Source: a virus. From it: DNA of 34,440 nt. The position numbers were made by a program, and so were the translations under genes. The notes beneath the pieces are model-generated. The model was not told the origin of the DNA. It made no database searches and saw nothing but the letters and a program-made list of their open reading frames with translations. Below, piece by piece: positions 22,624 through 32,502 of this stretch. The DNA lies in the IMG/VR virus record IMGVR_UViG_3300029555_000016, positions 1 to 34,440 of that record; one strand, written 5' to 3'. Every line of letters begins with the position of its first letter. Position 1 is the stretch's first letter.

Positions 22624-25600
22624 TTACTTTTCTTTCAGATATTCAAAAACATCGTGACAACCCACGATGTTAAACTTCGCTATTACGTCGCCTATGGATA
22701 TAGTCTGATTGCACCCAATCAATAGTTCGCCGCCGTATTCGGGCGTTATGGTGGAAACGTTCCCGTCCTCGTCCTCTACCGTGTACGGCTCTCCGTAATA
22801 CACAGGCGTCACCAATGCCCAGGCTTTTCCTGCCACGGTGGCTTCCAAGCCGAAACTCGCTAAATATACGGGACCGCCCTGCGAAGACGTGATCGTCATG
22901 TTCAACTCACCGCTTCCCGCACCCAATTCGTATTCTGCCAGTACGTTCCCCGTGATAATACCCGTGGATAGATTTACCTTACGGGAAAATTTATTGATTC
23001 GGTTGCGCAAAATCACCAGTTTCGCCCGAGCCTGCGCATTGACACCTGACACCATAGGATTATTCGCCGCTAACGCCGAGCCGATGATTATATTTTCCAA
23101 ATCCGTCACGTACTCGATGCCATAATTTTCTTTGATCGCTTCCCGGCTGTCTTTGCGTTTAATTATCGGGAAATTTTCGTAAGTCCCCGCTACCGCATAG
23201 GATTGTGTTCCGGGCGTTGTTTCCGTCACGTACAACGGATAAGAAAAGGGATTTGCCGCATTGACAGATCCCATTACATACAGATTAAAGTTTTCATAGT
23301 ACATTCGTCCGTAATAATCGCAATATTGCACCTCCTGCCCGAACATACCGCTGGCGCTGCCGTTCTTTGCCTCTATTGCCCGCATTCCCGCCGAATAATT
23401 GTCCTGAAATTCCCACGAAAACTCCATTACGTTCCCGAATGCCGAAGCTATCACGGGTAAAATCACTTTGGGCAATACCTCTTTTCCGTTTTTCGTTTCC
23501 CCTTGGATTATCACCGCCGATACCCTATCGCGGGACGAGTCGCTGCTTAGCGCCTGATAGAACGTATTGCGAATGTTCACAAACGTAGTCATATTCATCA
23601 ACACGTTTCTTTTAGAGGCGGTAGGCACTGTATCCGGGGAAGTGATTATCAGATAATCCGTGTAAATAGACTGTCTTTCCTGCACCATCCTTTCCGATAC
23701 TTCAAAGATTCTTTTGTAGGAATTGGCTCCGATATATTTGGATTTTCGGTTGAAATTCTTAGAAAGCCCAATCGTACATTTGAATCTGTCCGATAAAATT
23801 TCGACAGATACGGTGGATATGTAATAGCTATCGTCCCATAACTTGCCCGCCGTCGGCAAATTCGACTGGTGCATCATATAAAACGTGTAGGTCTTTTCTA
23901 TCGTCCCCAAACGTTCCGCAAGACCTTTGATATTCTCCCCGTAGTACTGCGTTTCCACCATATTCGCGGACTGATTCTGCGCAATGCTCCTCGGGTAGTT
24001 CAGCCAATCCCCGATATATTGTTTGCTGTGCCCTACCCGCGCCGAGTACGTGGGGATATACACTAACTCAAAACATAACTTTGTATAATCCGAAATGTCC
24101 AGATCGTTCTTGCCCGTAACCGCTCTCAGAATATTTACGATAGCGTAATTTTTTAACGCCCCGCCCGTCCAATCGTCTACCTTAAAGAAAAAACCGCCGA
24201 TATTCTTTTCGCCTTGCGTATAATACAAGGCAAAAGCTTTCGAAGCGGGATATACGTCCGTATACGACGATAACTGCGAGTCATAGATAGACTTTTCAAA
24301 CAGATACGGCGTAATGTCATACCGCGTCTGCGCCGCGCCCGCTATCCCGCTGTAATCCACCCAACGCAAGGCTATCGGCTGTAACACTGGAAACACTGTC
24401 GGAAATATCATATTGGACTCGGTGAAGCGTATGTACGAAGAATCCGTGCGCATGGATTGATACCCGTCCTGATACGGTTGACCTACCGTTCCTTTTCCGA
24501 TACTGATTTGATTGACCAAGTTATCCACGTAGGAATCCACGCGTGTACACGCTTGTTCTATGCCGTAGGAAACGGTCTTTCCCGTGTAGTTATATTGATT
24601 CAGTTCAAGCCGCTCCTTCTTGATGAAATCGTAATATGTCGCTATCTCCTGTTCTCCGTATCTGTCAAAATAAACGGTATTGTATTGATCTAACCTCGGC
24701 TCCGCGTGTATGAAGCCCCCTATTTCCTGTAACAGTTCTCGAAGCGTACAGCGGGTAAAAGTAAATTCGGGCGAGTACTGCGCGAATAACGCCCGCTCCT
24801 CCGCGTTCCCTAACCCTGCATTGGTTTTGTATCTGAATTTAAATCTCGGCTCTTTTACATATTCTTGCGCTTCTTTATCCCATATCAACGGCTCCGCAAG
24901 CTCTAACGCGCGGTCTATTACTTCTTTTAACGTCCATGGTTTTAACGGGTAGTAATTCGGCTGTCCGTAAATGGTAAAACTTGATTTATAATTAAGCGTA
25001 TTAGGACGTCCTCCCGCTGTAAAACTTACAGTATAGGTATAAGTAAAAATATTAATACCTGAATAAATTTCTATTGTTCCGGGCACTGTTCCTGTATGAT
25101 TAGTAGTTGTATGGCTATAAATTTCTTCTTCAATAGATGAAGCGGATGCATTAGTAAGAAATACTTTAATAGTTTGAGTGTAGTCTGTAATTCCCGATGT
25201 ATTCTCATAAGGAACTATATCGGGAAGGCTCATTTGCGTTCTTGTAGCCAAAGGAGTTTTATTATCATCAGAAAACAAAAAGCTTATTGCCGTAAAATCG
25301 GCGTAATTCTGTTGAATCGGGTCCATCATTGCATATCCTCTGCCGCTCGCATTGGTAACGCAAAGGCTTTCCACCATATAGTTTTCCAAATCTTTTGTAT
25401 TTTCTATCAACAAGAGTTCATGGCGATAGAATCCTGACCCGTTCGGCGTTTCATAGGCGGAATCCTGCGCAATTCGATAATATTTTGTTTGTGTACTCTC
25501 TCCGTCATTGACAATCACTTCCACGGGGTCGTCAGGATTAAACACCTCCGTGTTGACTCTCGATAGAGTCAGTGTCGCGGAGTCAAGTTGTTCATCGAGA

Positions 25601-25674
25601 ATCTCCTCAAATTTAAAGGGAATCACGATATTTTCGTAAGTGGTGCCGTTGATAGTAACTGTGAGTTGATTCAT
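22624..25674 (-). CDS. Large tail/baseplate structural protein
   Basis: 1016 aa, located between the virion genes and the fibre gene. No enzymatic motif recognised. Confidence 0.6.
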   Translation of the reverse strand: MNQLTVTINGTTYENIVIPFKFEEILDEQLDSATLTLSRVNTEVFNPDDPVEVIVNDGESTQTKYYRIAQDSAYETPNGSGFYRHELLLIENTKDLENYMVESLCVTNASGRGYAMMDPIQQNYADFTAISFLFSDDNKTPLATRTQMSLPDIVPYENTSGITDYTQTIKVFLTNASASSIEEEIYSHTTTNHTGTVPGTIEIYSGINIFTYTYTVSFTAGGRPNTLNYKSSFTIYGQPNYYPLKPWTLKEVIDRALELAEPLIWDKEAQEYVKEPRFKFRYKTNAGLGNAEERALFAQYSPEFTFTRCTLRELLQEIGGFIHAEPRLDQYNTVYFDRYGEQEIATYYDFIKKERLELNQYNYTGKTVSYGIEQACTRVDSYVDNLVNQISIGKGTVGQPYQDGYQSMRTDSSYIRFTESNMIFPTVFPVLQPIALRWVDYSGIAGAAQTRYDITPYLFEKSIYDSQLSSYTDVYPASKAFALYYTQGEKNIGGFFFKVDDWTGGALKNYAIVNILRAVTGKNDLDISDYTKLCFELVYIPTYSARVGHSKQYIGDWLNYPRSIAQNQSANMVETQYYGENIKGLAERLGTIEKTYTFYMMHQSNLPTAGKLWDDSYYISTVSVEILSDRFKCTIGLSKNFNRKSKYIGANSYKRIFEVSERMVQERQSIYTDYLIITSPDTVPTASKRNVLMNMTTFVNIRNTFYQALSSDSSRDRVSAVIIQGETKNGKEVLPKVILPVIASAFGNVMEFSWEFQDNYSAGMRAIEAKNGSASGMFGQEVQYCDYYGRMYYENFNLYVMGSVNAANPFSYPLYVTETTPGTQSYAVAGTYENFPIIKRKDSREAIKENYGIEYVTDLENIIIGSALAANNPMVSGVNAQARAKLVILRNRINKFSRKVNLSTGIITGNVLAEYELGAGSGELNMTITSSQGGPVYLASFGLEATVAGKAWALVTPVYYGEPYTVEDEDGNVSTITPEYGGELLIGCNQTISIGDVIAKFNIVGCHDVFEYLKEK

Positions 25675-25723
25675 ATTTTTGAATCTCCTTGGAAAATTTT
25701 TGTATAAAAATAGTAGTTGTCTA

Positions 25724-25752
25724 TTGACAGCTACTTTTTTTTGTGATATTAT
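25724..25752 (+). promoter_or_regulatory. Promoter of the plus-strand cassette (TTGACA-17 nt-TATTAT with TG extended -10)
   Basis: ctaTTGACAgctacttttttttgTGaTATTATttggg. Confidence 0.6.
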
Positions 25753-25769
25753 TTGGGCAGAGGTACATT

Positions 25770-26087
25770 ATGAAAAAACTTATTATTAAAAGTCTGTTAA
25801 ATTTGTTGCTATTATTTTCTATTGTTTTTTCACTTTATGAAGGAGTACAAGCTTTGCAACTTGTAAGAGTTTTTCCTGATGGTGTCACCGTAGCAGCTCA
25901 ATCTTATTATCGAGAAGCTATTAGTTTTTTTCTTTCCGCTATCATGCAAATTCTATTTATTGTATTCCTGAATTTTTTTGAAGTGAAATTTTTTAAGACC
26001 TCTCTACTGAAAGAGTATAAAGAAAACAAGAAACAAAAACGTATCGAAGCCCTTGAAAAGGAGTTAGCCGATTTAAAAAAGGAATAA
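25770..26087 (+). CDS. Two-TM membrane protein with a C-terminal coiled coil (accessory gene)
   Basis: Start at ATG 25770 after AGAGG. MKKLIIKSLLNLLLLFSIVFSL..FFLSAIMQILFIVFLNFF..KRIEALEKELADLKKE. Very A+T-rich. Confidence 0.65.
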   Translation: MKKLIIKSLLNLLLLFSIVFSLYEGVQALQLVRVFPDGVTVAAQSYYREAISFFLSAIMQILFIVFLNFFEVKFFKTSLLKEYKENKKQKRIEALEKELADLKKE

Positions 26088-26126
26088 TCATTTATCAATA
26101 TTAAAATTTATACACGAGGTATCTTT

Positions 26127-26627
26127 ATGAAAATAAAAAAGCTTATTTCCGTAATTGTTTTAGTTGTTTCTATAATCCTAAATATTGTGCTTTTGAGTAC
26201 AGATATTTTTAAAGGGACATATACAGCAAAAACTAGTACAGGGAAACTCTCTTTACGCTTTTATGATAACACTTTTACATTAATAGGTGAAGATGACACT
26301 TACTCTTTATATACTTATGGATTTTCCCAATATGTAAAAAAGTCAAAATATAAAAATTCTCCTACAAACGTAAAGTTAAATTATGATGCTGTAATTTTAC
26401 ATAGAGCTAATGCATCTTCTTCTGGTTCATCTTCTTATCTTCGTTTCGATAAAAAAAATATCTTTTGCCTCTCTTATAAAGAGGGATACCTCAGTGCCCA
26501 AAGCGTAAAGAACTTTTATTGTTATCCTGCCATCTTTCTACAAGTTCTATATATCGTTTTGATTATTTCTTCCACATCTTATTTAGTATATCAATATAAA
26601 AAAGCAAAGCTCTTAAAGAAGAATTAG
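26127..26627 (+). CDS. Membrane protein with N- and C-terminal TM helices (accessory gene)
   Basis: 166 aa; GAGG ribosome-binding site. KKLISVIVLVVSIILNIVLL ... AIFLQVLYIVLIISSTSYLVY. Confidence 0.65.
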   Translation: MKIKKLISVIVLVVSIILNIVLLSTDIFKGTYTAKTSTGKLSLRFYDNTFTLIGEDDTYSLYTYGFSQYVKKSKYKNSPTNVKLNYDAVILHRANASSSGSSSYLRFDKKNIFCLSYKEGYLSAQSVKNFYCYPAIFLQVLYIVLIISSTSYLVYQYKKAKLLKKN

Positions 26628-26635
26628 AGCAATTG

Positions 26636-26664
26636 AAAAAAGACGAGCGATAACTCGTCTTTTT
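26636..26664. terminator. Bidirectional intrinsic terminator
   Basis: AAAAAA-GACGAG-cgataa-CTCGTC-TTTTT. A U tract follows the hairpin on both strands. Confidence 0.6.
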
Positions 26665-26671
26665 CTTTTAT

Positions 26672-27196
26672 CTAAAATTGAGTAGCGTTCATATACCGAG
26701 AGCCTGAAACGGTTACCCGCTGTGCGGCAAGGTTACGGGAAATATCTTCGAGCTGACGTTCTGTGTTCAAGGTATTTTGCGTTTGGCTTATGGAAATAGC
26801 AGTAGAAACTACGCTCAAAGCCAATCCTGCAATGGCACCGGGTAAACCGCCGAAAGCCGCGCCGAGTGCGATATTCTCAACCGCGCTTACCAACTGCGAG
26901 CCGATAGAGTAGGCAAAGCTGGCGCGCTGGTGCTGTTCGCGGGAGCCTGTGCGAAGCTCGACCTGCGAAAGCTCATACGAGATCGCCTGATTTGCTGTGG
27001 ATTTAAGAGGTTTATATACAGACAGAACGCCGCGCAAAGCCTTTTTTGCACTCGGACTCAATCCGCTTGCCTGTTCCCCGCCTGTCGAAGCGCCGGAGCT
27101 TCCCGCTGTCTGGATACCGCCCGCGCCGCCGACTTCTTGTGCTATCCCTTCTTGGGTTTCATTTTTCAAGGTTAAAACATATTCATTCGCTGCCAT
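26672..27196 (-). CDS. Gly/Ala/Ser-rich virion protein with a hydrophobic segment
   Basis: 174 aa; ..GGAGGIQTAGSSGASTGGEQ.. and ..ALGAAFGGLPGAIAGLALSVVSTAISI... Confidence 0.5.
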   Translation of the reverse strand: MAANEYVLTLKNETQEGIAQEVGGAGGIQTAGSSGASTGGEQASGLSPSAKKALRGVLSVYKPLKSTANQAISYELSQVELRTGSREQHQRASFAYSIGSQLVSAVENIALGAAFGGLPGAIAGLALSVVSTAISISQTQNTLNTERQLEDISRNLAAQRVTVSGSRYMNATQF

Positions 27197-27197
27197 C

Positions 27198-28064
27198 TTA
27201 ACCTCCTATAACTTCCTGTGCGGCAAATGGCAACAAAGAAACTTTATATACTATGTTGCTGACTCCCGCTCCGCTTGCCGAGCATTCTCCAAACATCATA
27301 TTAAACGTTTGAGTCGTTATATCGCCTATGGTCAAAACGACTGTATGTGAAGTATTAACCGAAGTAATCCCAAGGATATGATTTAATATAGTCAGTGAAG
27401 GCGGAGAATCAGATAAGGCAGGCATTTCCAAATCGATTGTAAAGGTCGAGTTTTCGGCGTAGGCTTTCGCTTCGCCGTTCGTCGAGTTCTTATATAGATC
27501 TGCCGAAGGATTAATTCTACGCGTTAAGAGAAAGCTTGTATATGCAATCTCCGCGCCGTCTATGAGAATTTTAACGTCCGTGGCGTTCAAAGCGTTTTCG
27601 AGATACGCAAAAGTAATCGAGAAGCTATACTCCAAACTATCGCCTATTCCCTGGCGAAGATTGCGTAGCTCGGCAGAAGGTAAAGTATATGACACGCCGC
27701 CGACATACGTTTTTCCATCAGACGTAATACTTAATTTAACATTTTGAGAAAGCACCTCCGACAACGCATCCCTTATTTGCTGAACAATCCGAAGCTCCCC
27801 CGTATAGCTGGTATCACTATTATCGCCGCAAGGAATAAGAAGTTTTATATTAGTAACAAGGGCTACTGCGGTTAATCCGCCTCCCAAGCGTTGAACTTCT
27901 GATTGAGAAAGAGAAAACAATCCGTTTATGTATTCCGTAACGGTATTTTTTCTCCTGTCGGGATGGCGATAATTTCCCGCGTCCGTAAAGATCATAAATT
28001 TAAACGGTGTGCTATTTAAAAGCGGCATTACGTAATTATCTTTAAGTTGATCTAAGGTAATCAT
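27198..28064 (-). CDS. Virion structural protein (possible tail tube/major tail protein)
   Basis: 288 aa. The call is from position after the neck proteins only. Confidence 0.4.
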   Translation of the reverse strand: MITLDQLKDNYVMPLLNSTPFKFMIFTDAGNYRHPDRRKNTVTEYINGLFSLSQSEVQRLGGGLTAVALVTNIKLLIPCGDNSDTSYTGELRIVQQIRDALSEVLSQNVKLSITSDGKTYVGGVSYTLPSAELRNLRQGIGDSLEYSFSITFAYLENALNATDVKILIDGAEIAYTSFLLTRRINPSADLYKNSTNGEAKAYAENSTFTIDLEMPALSDSPPSLTILNHILGITSVNTSHTVVLTIGDITTQTFNMMFGECSASGAGVSNIVYKVSLLPFAAQEVIGG

Positions 28065-28381
28065 ATTCTTCTAAGCTCCCCGCCGAGTATATCGGCTATT
28101 TTTTTTATTGTAAATTCACAGTCATAATTCCACCATTCTTGATTCGGATTTTTCGCTCCTTTCCAACGAGGCGCAATCCAAACTTCATTTGTATAGGGCA
28201 TATAAGGCGCGATAGTCTGATCCACATAAATGATACAAACTTGTGGAGAAGGCATTGCTTTTACAATACCATTATCCTCCAAGTTTCCCGTTTCTCGCGG
28301 CGCAGGCTGTTTCATGTATACAAGGGCATCTTCGCCTAATTGGGCAAATTCTTGATTTGAAATCATGTACCTATCTCCCAA
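28061..28381 (-). CDS. Neck/tail-completion protein (HK97 gp10-like)
   Basis: 106 aa; ..APRETGNLEDNGI..IAPYMPYTNE.. resembles the DTGNL..APY pattern of gp10-type proteins. Confidence 0.45.
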   Translation of the reverse strand: MGDRYMISNQEFAQLGEDALVYMKQPAPRETGNLEDNGIVKAMPSPQVCIIYVDQTIAPYMPYTNEVWIAPRWKGAKNPNQEWWNYDCEFTIKKIADILGGELRRI

Positions 28382-28749
28382 GGGTTATCTGCCCGGATAA
28401 GGCGTATTAGATACTCGGACTGTACGACGGTTTTAAAGAAGCGCAAAGCCTCCTCTGCGCCCGGTATCTGTTCGTTGTGCACAATCTCCGCAATCGACCA
28501 AAAGGCGCCGTCCTGCGTGGAAATAAAGCCCTTTATTTTGAATCCGCAGTCCTCATTCGTTTTCAAAGCATACGTTTCGTTGTCCAAACGAACATTATCT
28601 AATACCGTACCGAAAGCACGGGAATACGGATTCACTTGCTTATAGTTAAATGTAACGCGTCCGTCCTCAGGCGTACTGGGATAATACGGGTAGTAATACC
28701 CTGTCAAATAGTATTCGGTTTTGGGATTCAGCAAATCCAGGAAATCCAT
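28363..28749 (-). CDS. Head-tail joining protein (by position)
   Basis: 128 aa, overlapping both neighbours. Confidence 0.4.
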   Translation of the reverse strand: MDFLDLLNPKTEYYLTGYYYPYYPSTPEDGRVTFNYKQVNPYSRAFGTVLDNVRLDNETYALKTNEDCGFKIKGFISTQDGAFWSIAEIVHNEQIPGAEEALRFFKTVVQSEYLIRLIRADNPWEIGT

Positions 28750-29225
28750 CGCGTTAACTCCCCCGTGAATAGTATCGTAGTGCCCAGTTCAGGCACCGTG
28801 CGTTCCAAGACCTCTTTACAGTTCTGGTCTATACCCATTCTGCGCTTCGTTTCATCCGTGGAGCGGGAAACGTCGCCGACAATGGACAGATAATAGATCT
28901 GCTCCGTCATTGCCTCCATAATCAACGGTCGCAAAGACGGGAGTTTTGCTATTAATAGGTCTTGAAAAGTATTGTTAGCATTAAAGGCGTGAATATAGTT
29001 ATACACCATATTGGAGCCTTGCCGCAATAGACGATTCACCAAGGCGGAAGGCGTGACGGCGTTGCGTTCGTTAATACGCGCCGATAGATCTATCCCCATT
29101 TTCTCGATGAGGTATTTCTCGGTCAAAATATAACGCCCCGTCGCTTTATCAAAAATCATATATTCATCGTCGTAGGGATAAATAGGCTGTGCCGGGATAA
29201 TCGGCGTAGAAGGTATTTCAGCCAT
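28728..29225 (-). CDS. Head-tail connector/adaptor (by position)
   Basis: 165 aa. It is the first gene after the capsid gene. Confidence 0.4.
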   Translation of the reverse strand: MAEIPSTPIIPAQPIYPYDDEYMIFDKATGRYILTEKYLIEKMGIDLSARINERNAVTPSALVNRLLRQGSNMVYNYIHAFNANNTFQDLLIAKLPSLRPLIMEAMTEQIYYLSIVGDVSRSTDETKRRMGIDQNCKEVLERTVPELGTTILFTGELTRWISWIC

Positions 29226-29256
29226 GATATAGTCCTCCTGATTTATTTTTGGTGTA

Positions 29257-29276
29257 CCGCTGTTAAGGCACAGCGG
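29257..29276 (-). other. Stem-loop just downstream of the capsid gene (CCGCTGT-N6-ACAGCGG)
   Basis: 7-bp stem with no U tract. It could act as an mRNA stabiliser or processing signal. Confidence 0.35.
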
Positions 29277-29293
29277 ACGAAGCCTTTGAAACT

Positions 29294-30844
29294 TTACTTG
29301 GAAGCCGCAGCCGTCAGAGCCTGCGTAGCGGCATAAGTAGCCGCCGCGGTATTAGCCGCGGTAATATTGACAGTAGCCGCCTGATAGCCAGCCGCTACAA
29401 TTCCCACTGTCGCGGTATCTCCGCGTCCTAAGACAAACGTATAGGTACCGTCGACATTATTAGCATATCCGACGGGATTGCCGTCGCCCTTCGTAATTTC
29501 CAAGGTAGCGTTAGAAATAGCCGCGCTGCCTGTACCCGTCACAGTAAGCGTAACGGTAGTTGTATTTGCGTTGTCATACACGCAAATTTTAGAAGCATTG
29601 CCGTAATCCACGTTTTTCACCCCATAAGATTTAATCGTATCGTTGAAGCTGTCGGGAGCCACAATCGAGCCGTCGGAAGTAATCGGATTCTTAAAGTCGT
29701 TTAAATTATCCGCAGTAGAAACAATTACAGCCGCAGCGGAGCCTCTGGTCATAGCGGCGCCCCAACGGAAAAGATTTTGAATTTTTGTACCGACCGCATT
29801 GCCCGGATTCGGGATCGGATTAATCGTTGCTTCGGCACGACCAAACGCGAAGCCCATTGCGTTCGCGATATATCCCTGAATCTTATCAAATTCCGCATAG
29901 GTAGCAGCCGTGATTCCCGCCAAGGCCGCCGCTTGACGCCAGTAGGAATCAGGTACAACCTTGATCCATACGCCGCTGTAAAGGCCACGAATATTGCCGC
30001 CTTTCGGTTTTCCGTCGTAAGTAAACGCACCGCCAAGCAGCATTTCCTGCGCAAGATTGGAAGCCGATACAAGCGCGCCGTTCTTAATCGAGAACAAGAG
30101 ATTGAAGAAGGACTGTTTGACTACGATCACAGAATCCTCCAAACGATACTGAACGATCCCTTCGCTCCACGAGGTTTGAGGATTGGTCATTGCGCCGATT
30201 AAAGAGTTCATAACCTGCTGTAAATATCCCTCTCCTGTATTGGTGAGGTCGACGGGGATAACGTTGCTGTTTTCCGTCCCCGCCGCTCTTGCCAGCGCGC
30301 CTTTGAGGTGCATTGCCAAAATCGTGGAATCCTCCATGTTCGCCACGGTTCCCGGAATCATTGAGGTGTATTCCGCAGCCAGCGGAAGCGAAACCATATT
30401 CTGCGAAAGCTGATAAATCACCGTCGCGTCGTCATAGACCTGATTCAACGGTAAATCTATACCATTCGTCTGAATCGCGTTGGGAAGGTTTCTGTTTTCC
30501 AAACCGTCGTTGCCGGGTGTGCCTTGCAATACGCCGTTTAAAGAAGCGTTGATGGTAATGGTTCGCATGGAATATCTGGGCGGCGCCATGATAGGCACAC
30601 GCACTATACTTGCGCCTTCCACGCCTGTCCTCGACGTTATGCCCATGCCATCCGCAAAAATCCTCGCGTCGAGGATATTCTTCAACCAAATATTGTTTAA
30701 AATTCGATCGGTAAGAATATCCGAGGCGTTCGGATAATTGCCGTTGCCTACGCCGTAATTATCGTAGGCAGTTCTTAAATTTGTCATGACCTGAGAGTAT
30801 AATACTTTATCACTCAAGCCTTCCGTGTCAATAACTGCTGCCAT
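29294..30844 (-). CDS. Major capsid protein with a C-terminal Ig-like extension
   Basis: 516 aa, following the scaffold gene. The C-terminal ..TTVTLTVTGTGSAAISNATLEITKGDGNPVGYANNVDGTYTFVLGRGDTATVGIVAAGYQAATVNIT is a beta-sandwich-like decoration. Confidence 0.7.
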   Translation of the reverse strand: MAAVIDTEGLSDKVLYSQVMTNLRTAYDNYGVGNGNYPNASDILTDRILNNIWLKNILDARIFADGMGITSRTGVEGASIVRVPIMAPPRYSMRTITINASLNGVLQGTPGNDGLENRNLPNAIQTNGIDLPLNQVYDDATVIYQLSQNMVSLPLAAEYTSMIPGTVANMEDSTILAMHLKGALARAAGTENSNVIPVDLTNTGEGYLQQVMNSLIGAMTNPQTSWSEGIVQYRLEDSVIVVKQSFFNLLFSIKNGALVSASNLAQEMLLGGAFTYDGKPKGGNIRGLYSGVWIKVVPDSYWRQAAALAGITAATYAEFDKIQGYIANAMGFAFGRAEATINPIPNPGNAVGTKIQNLFRWGAAMTRGSAAAVIVSTADNLNDFKNPITSDGSIVAPDSFNDTIKSYGVKNVDYGNASKICVYDNANTTTVTLTVTGTGSAAISNATLEITKGDGNPVGYANNVDGTYTFVLGRGDTATVGIVAAGYQAATVNITAANTAAATYAATQALTAAASK

Positions 30845-30860
30845 TTTTCTTTACCTCCTG

Positions 30861-31364
30861 TCAGCCCAATAATTTTTTTACATCTTCGTCGGAAAAGGAG
30901 CGTTTTTTCGACTCTCCCGCACTACCCGAGGACATACCGTATTTTCCCGCAGCGCGTTCCAGTTTATCTCCCGCCCGCTCTTCCCGTTTTTCCATTGCCG
31001 AGATCAACCTTTCCATAGAATCCAACAAACGATCAAAGCGATCGTCTTTCCGTTCGTCCTCTCTCTTGTCGTCCCGTCTTTCGTCGCGGTCTTCTCTGCG
31101 TTTTTCTTCCGCACGTTTTTCATCGTAGCGTTTCGTGCCTTCCGACTCGTCGATGCGTGCTTTCGCGTCCTGAGAATTTTCATTTCCCGAACGCCGTTCC
31201 TGTTCACCCACGCTTTCGTCTTCACGATCGCGTTCCGTTTGAGAATCCTTGCCCTTACGGTCAATATCTTCTCTTGCCTTTTTGATCTCTTCTTCGTCTT
31301 TGGTCATTTCTGTGACCTCCTCTTTATTTTTTTTGTCTTTAAAAAACAAGAAACGTTTTTTCAT
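30861..31364 (-). CDS. Scaffolding protein
   Basis: Start moved to ATG 31364, 6 nt after GGAGG. The protein is extremely charged (K/E/R/D) and helical, and lies between the morphogenesis and capsid genes. Confidence 0.55.
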   Translation of the reverse strand: MKKRFLFFKDKKNKEEVTEMTKDEEEIKKAREDIDRKGKDSQTERDREDESVGEQERRSGNENSQDAKARIDESEGTKRYDEKRAEEKRREDRDERRDDKREDERKDDRFDRLLDSMERLISAMEKREERAGDKLERAAGKYGMSSGSAGESKKRSFSDEDVKKLLG

Positions 31365-31416
31365 GCAAACCTCCTTTGAGGCATAAGAAAAGCGGGGTGC
31401 CATCGCACTCCGCTTC

Positions 31417-32502
31417 TTATAAAATTTTTACTCGGTCAGGATAATATGCCCGACCGTTGTCTTTGGAAAAGCGCTTGTATGCGTCATACATTTTTACAGC
31501 GTTTCCTCGCGCTTCTTTATATCGCTGCGCGTTCTCGCCCTTATATGCCAACGCTTCCTCGCGGTAATGAATCACCGCCCTTTCCATTTCTCTTTGCCGT
31601 TTGGTGATCGCGTCCTCTTTCTTGCGTTCCGCCTCCGAAACAAACGGAATCACCATCCCCGCTTTATATGGCGTCAACTTATGACGGCAGTTAAATCCCA
31701 GCAGTCCGTTCTTGTACGTCCTTCCCGCTTTTGTCGTATAGTAAATATCGGTCGCCGTTTCCAAGGGCACAAACGCTCTCCCGTCCTCGGTCGTTCCGCT
31801 CGTTCCGTCTAACGAATACACGCGCCCCTGAAACGGTGCGCATCGCTCCGAACAGTCGGCATGGACAGAACAAACCACCAACCGATTGCCCGAAGCTTTC
31901 AGCCCTGAAATCTCGTCTTGATGACGCTCATATCGCACTTGCATTTCAGCGAGATTGCGCAGGGAATTGCGCCCTGTCACGTCGTTCGGGTCTAAGGCTT
32001 TTTCGTCGGATAAACGCCCCAGAGCGTCTGAAACGCGATTTATATAGACTTTATGAAACTCTTGCAACGGGATTCCTTTGTCTTGACTTCGTATTCGTAT
32101 CTCGGACGCATTACTCACGATCTCGGCAGCCCGTATCTCACGGGGAGTTTTAGGAATAAAATAATCCGATTTTATTCCATTGGCTTGTCGTTCGGTAATG
32201 CGCCGCGTAAGTAATGCTACCGCGACTAATAGACTCTCATTCATCGGTAACTCTCTACGCAGTCGACCATAAACATTTTCCGAGAATCTCAACAACGAGA
32301 TACGGGCATCCTGCTTTAACGTAGGAGAACGAATCCGAGCAATGGCACGGGAGATAATTCTTCGCACTTCTGCGGATATAACGATAAAGGACGCGCCGCC
32401 AAGCACGCCCTTTTTAATCGCTGTTTTTATATCCGTCTGCGCGTCCACCAATACGCTCGCTTGTTCGTTCAGCGGATCGGGGACATAGGCTTTTAGTTCC
32501 AT
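31417..32502 (-). CDS. Head morphogenesis / minor capsid protein (SPP1 gp7 / Mu F-like)
   Basis: ..CSVHADCSERCAPFQGRVYSL...GFNCRHKLTPY matches the gp7/MuF pattern C..C..l.G.v......H.nCRC...P. Confidence 0.75.
   Translation of the reverse strand: MELKAYVPDPLNEQASVLVDAQTDIKTAIKKGVLGGASFIVISAEVRRIISRAIARIRSPTLKQDARISLLRFSENVYGRLRRELPMNESLLVAVALLTRRITERQANGIKSDYFIPKTPREIRAAEIVSNASEIRIRSQDKGIPLQEFHKVYINRVSDALGRLSDEKALDPNDVTGRNSLRNLAEMQVRYERHQDEISGLKASGNRLVVCSVHADCSERCAPFQGRVYSLDGTSGTTEDGRAFVPLETATDIYYTTKAGRTYKNGLLGFNCRHKLTPYKAGMVIPFVSEAERKKEDAITKRQREMERAVIHYREEALAYKGENAQRYKEARGNAVKMYDAYKRFSKDNGRAYYPDRVKIL

Noticed and set aside
22624-25674. The 1016-aa protein as the tape measure
   Set aside because: It lacks the long helical, repeat-rich character of a tape measure and the upstream chaperone frameshift pair. 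Its N-terminus reads like a baseplate or tail-hub protein.
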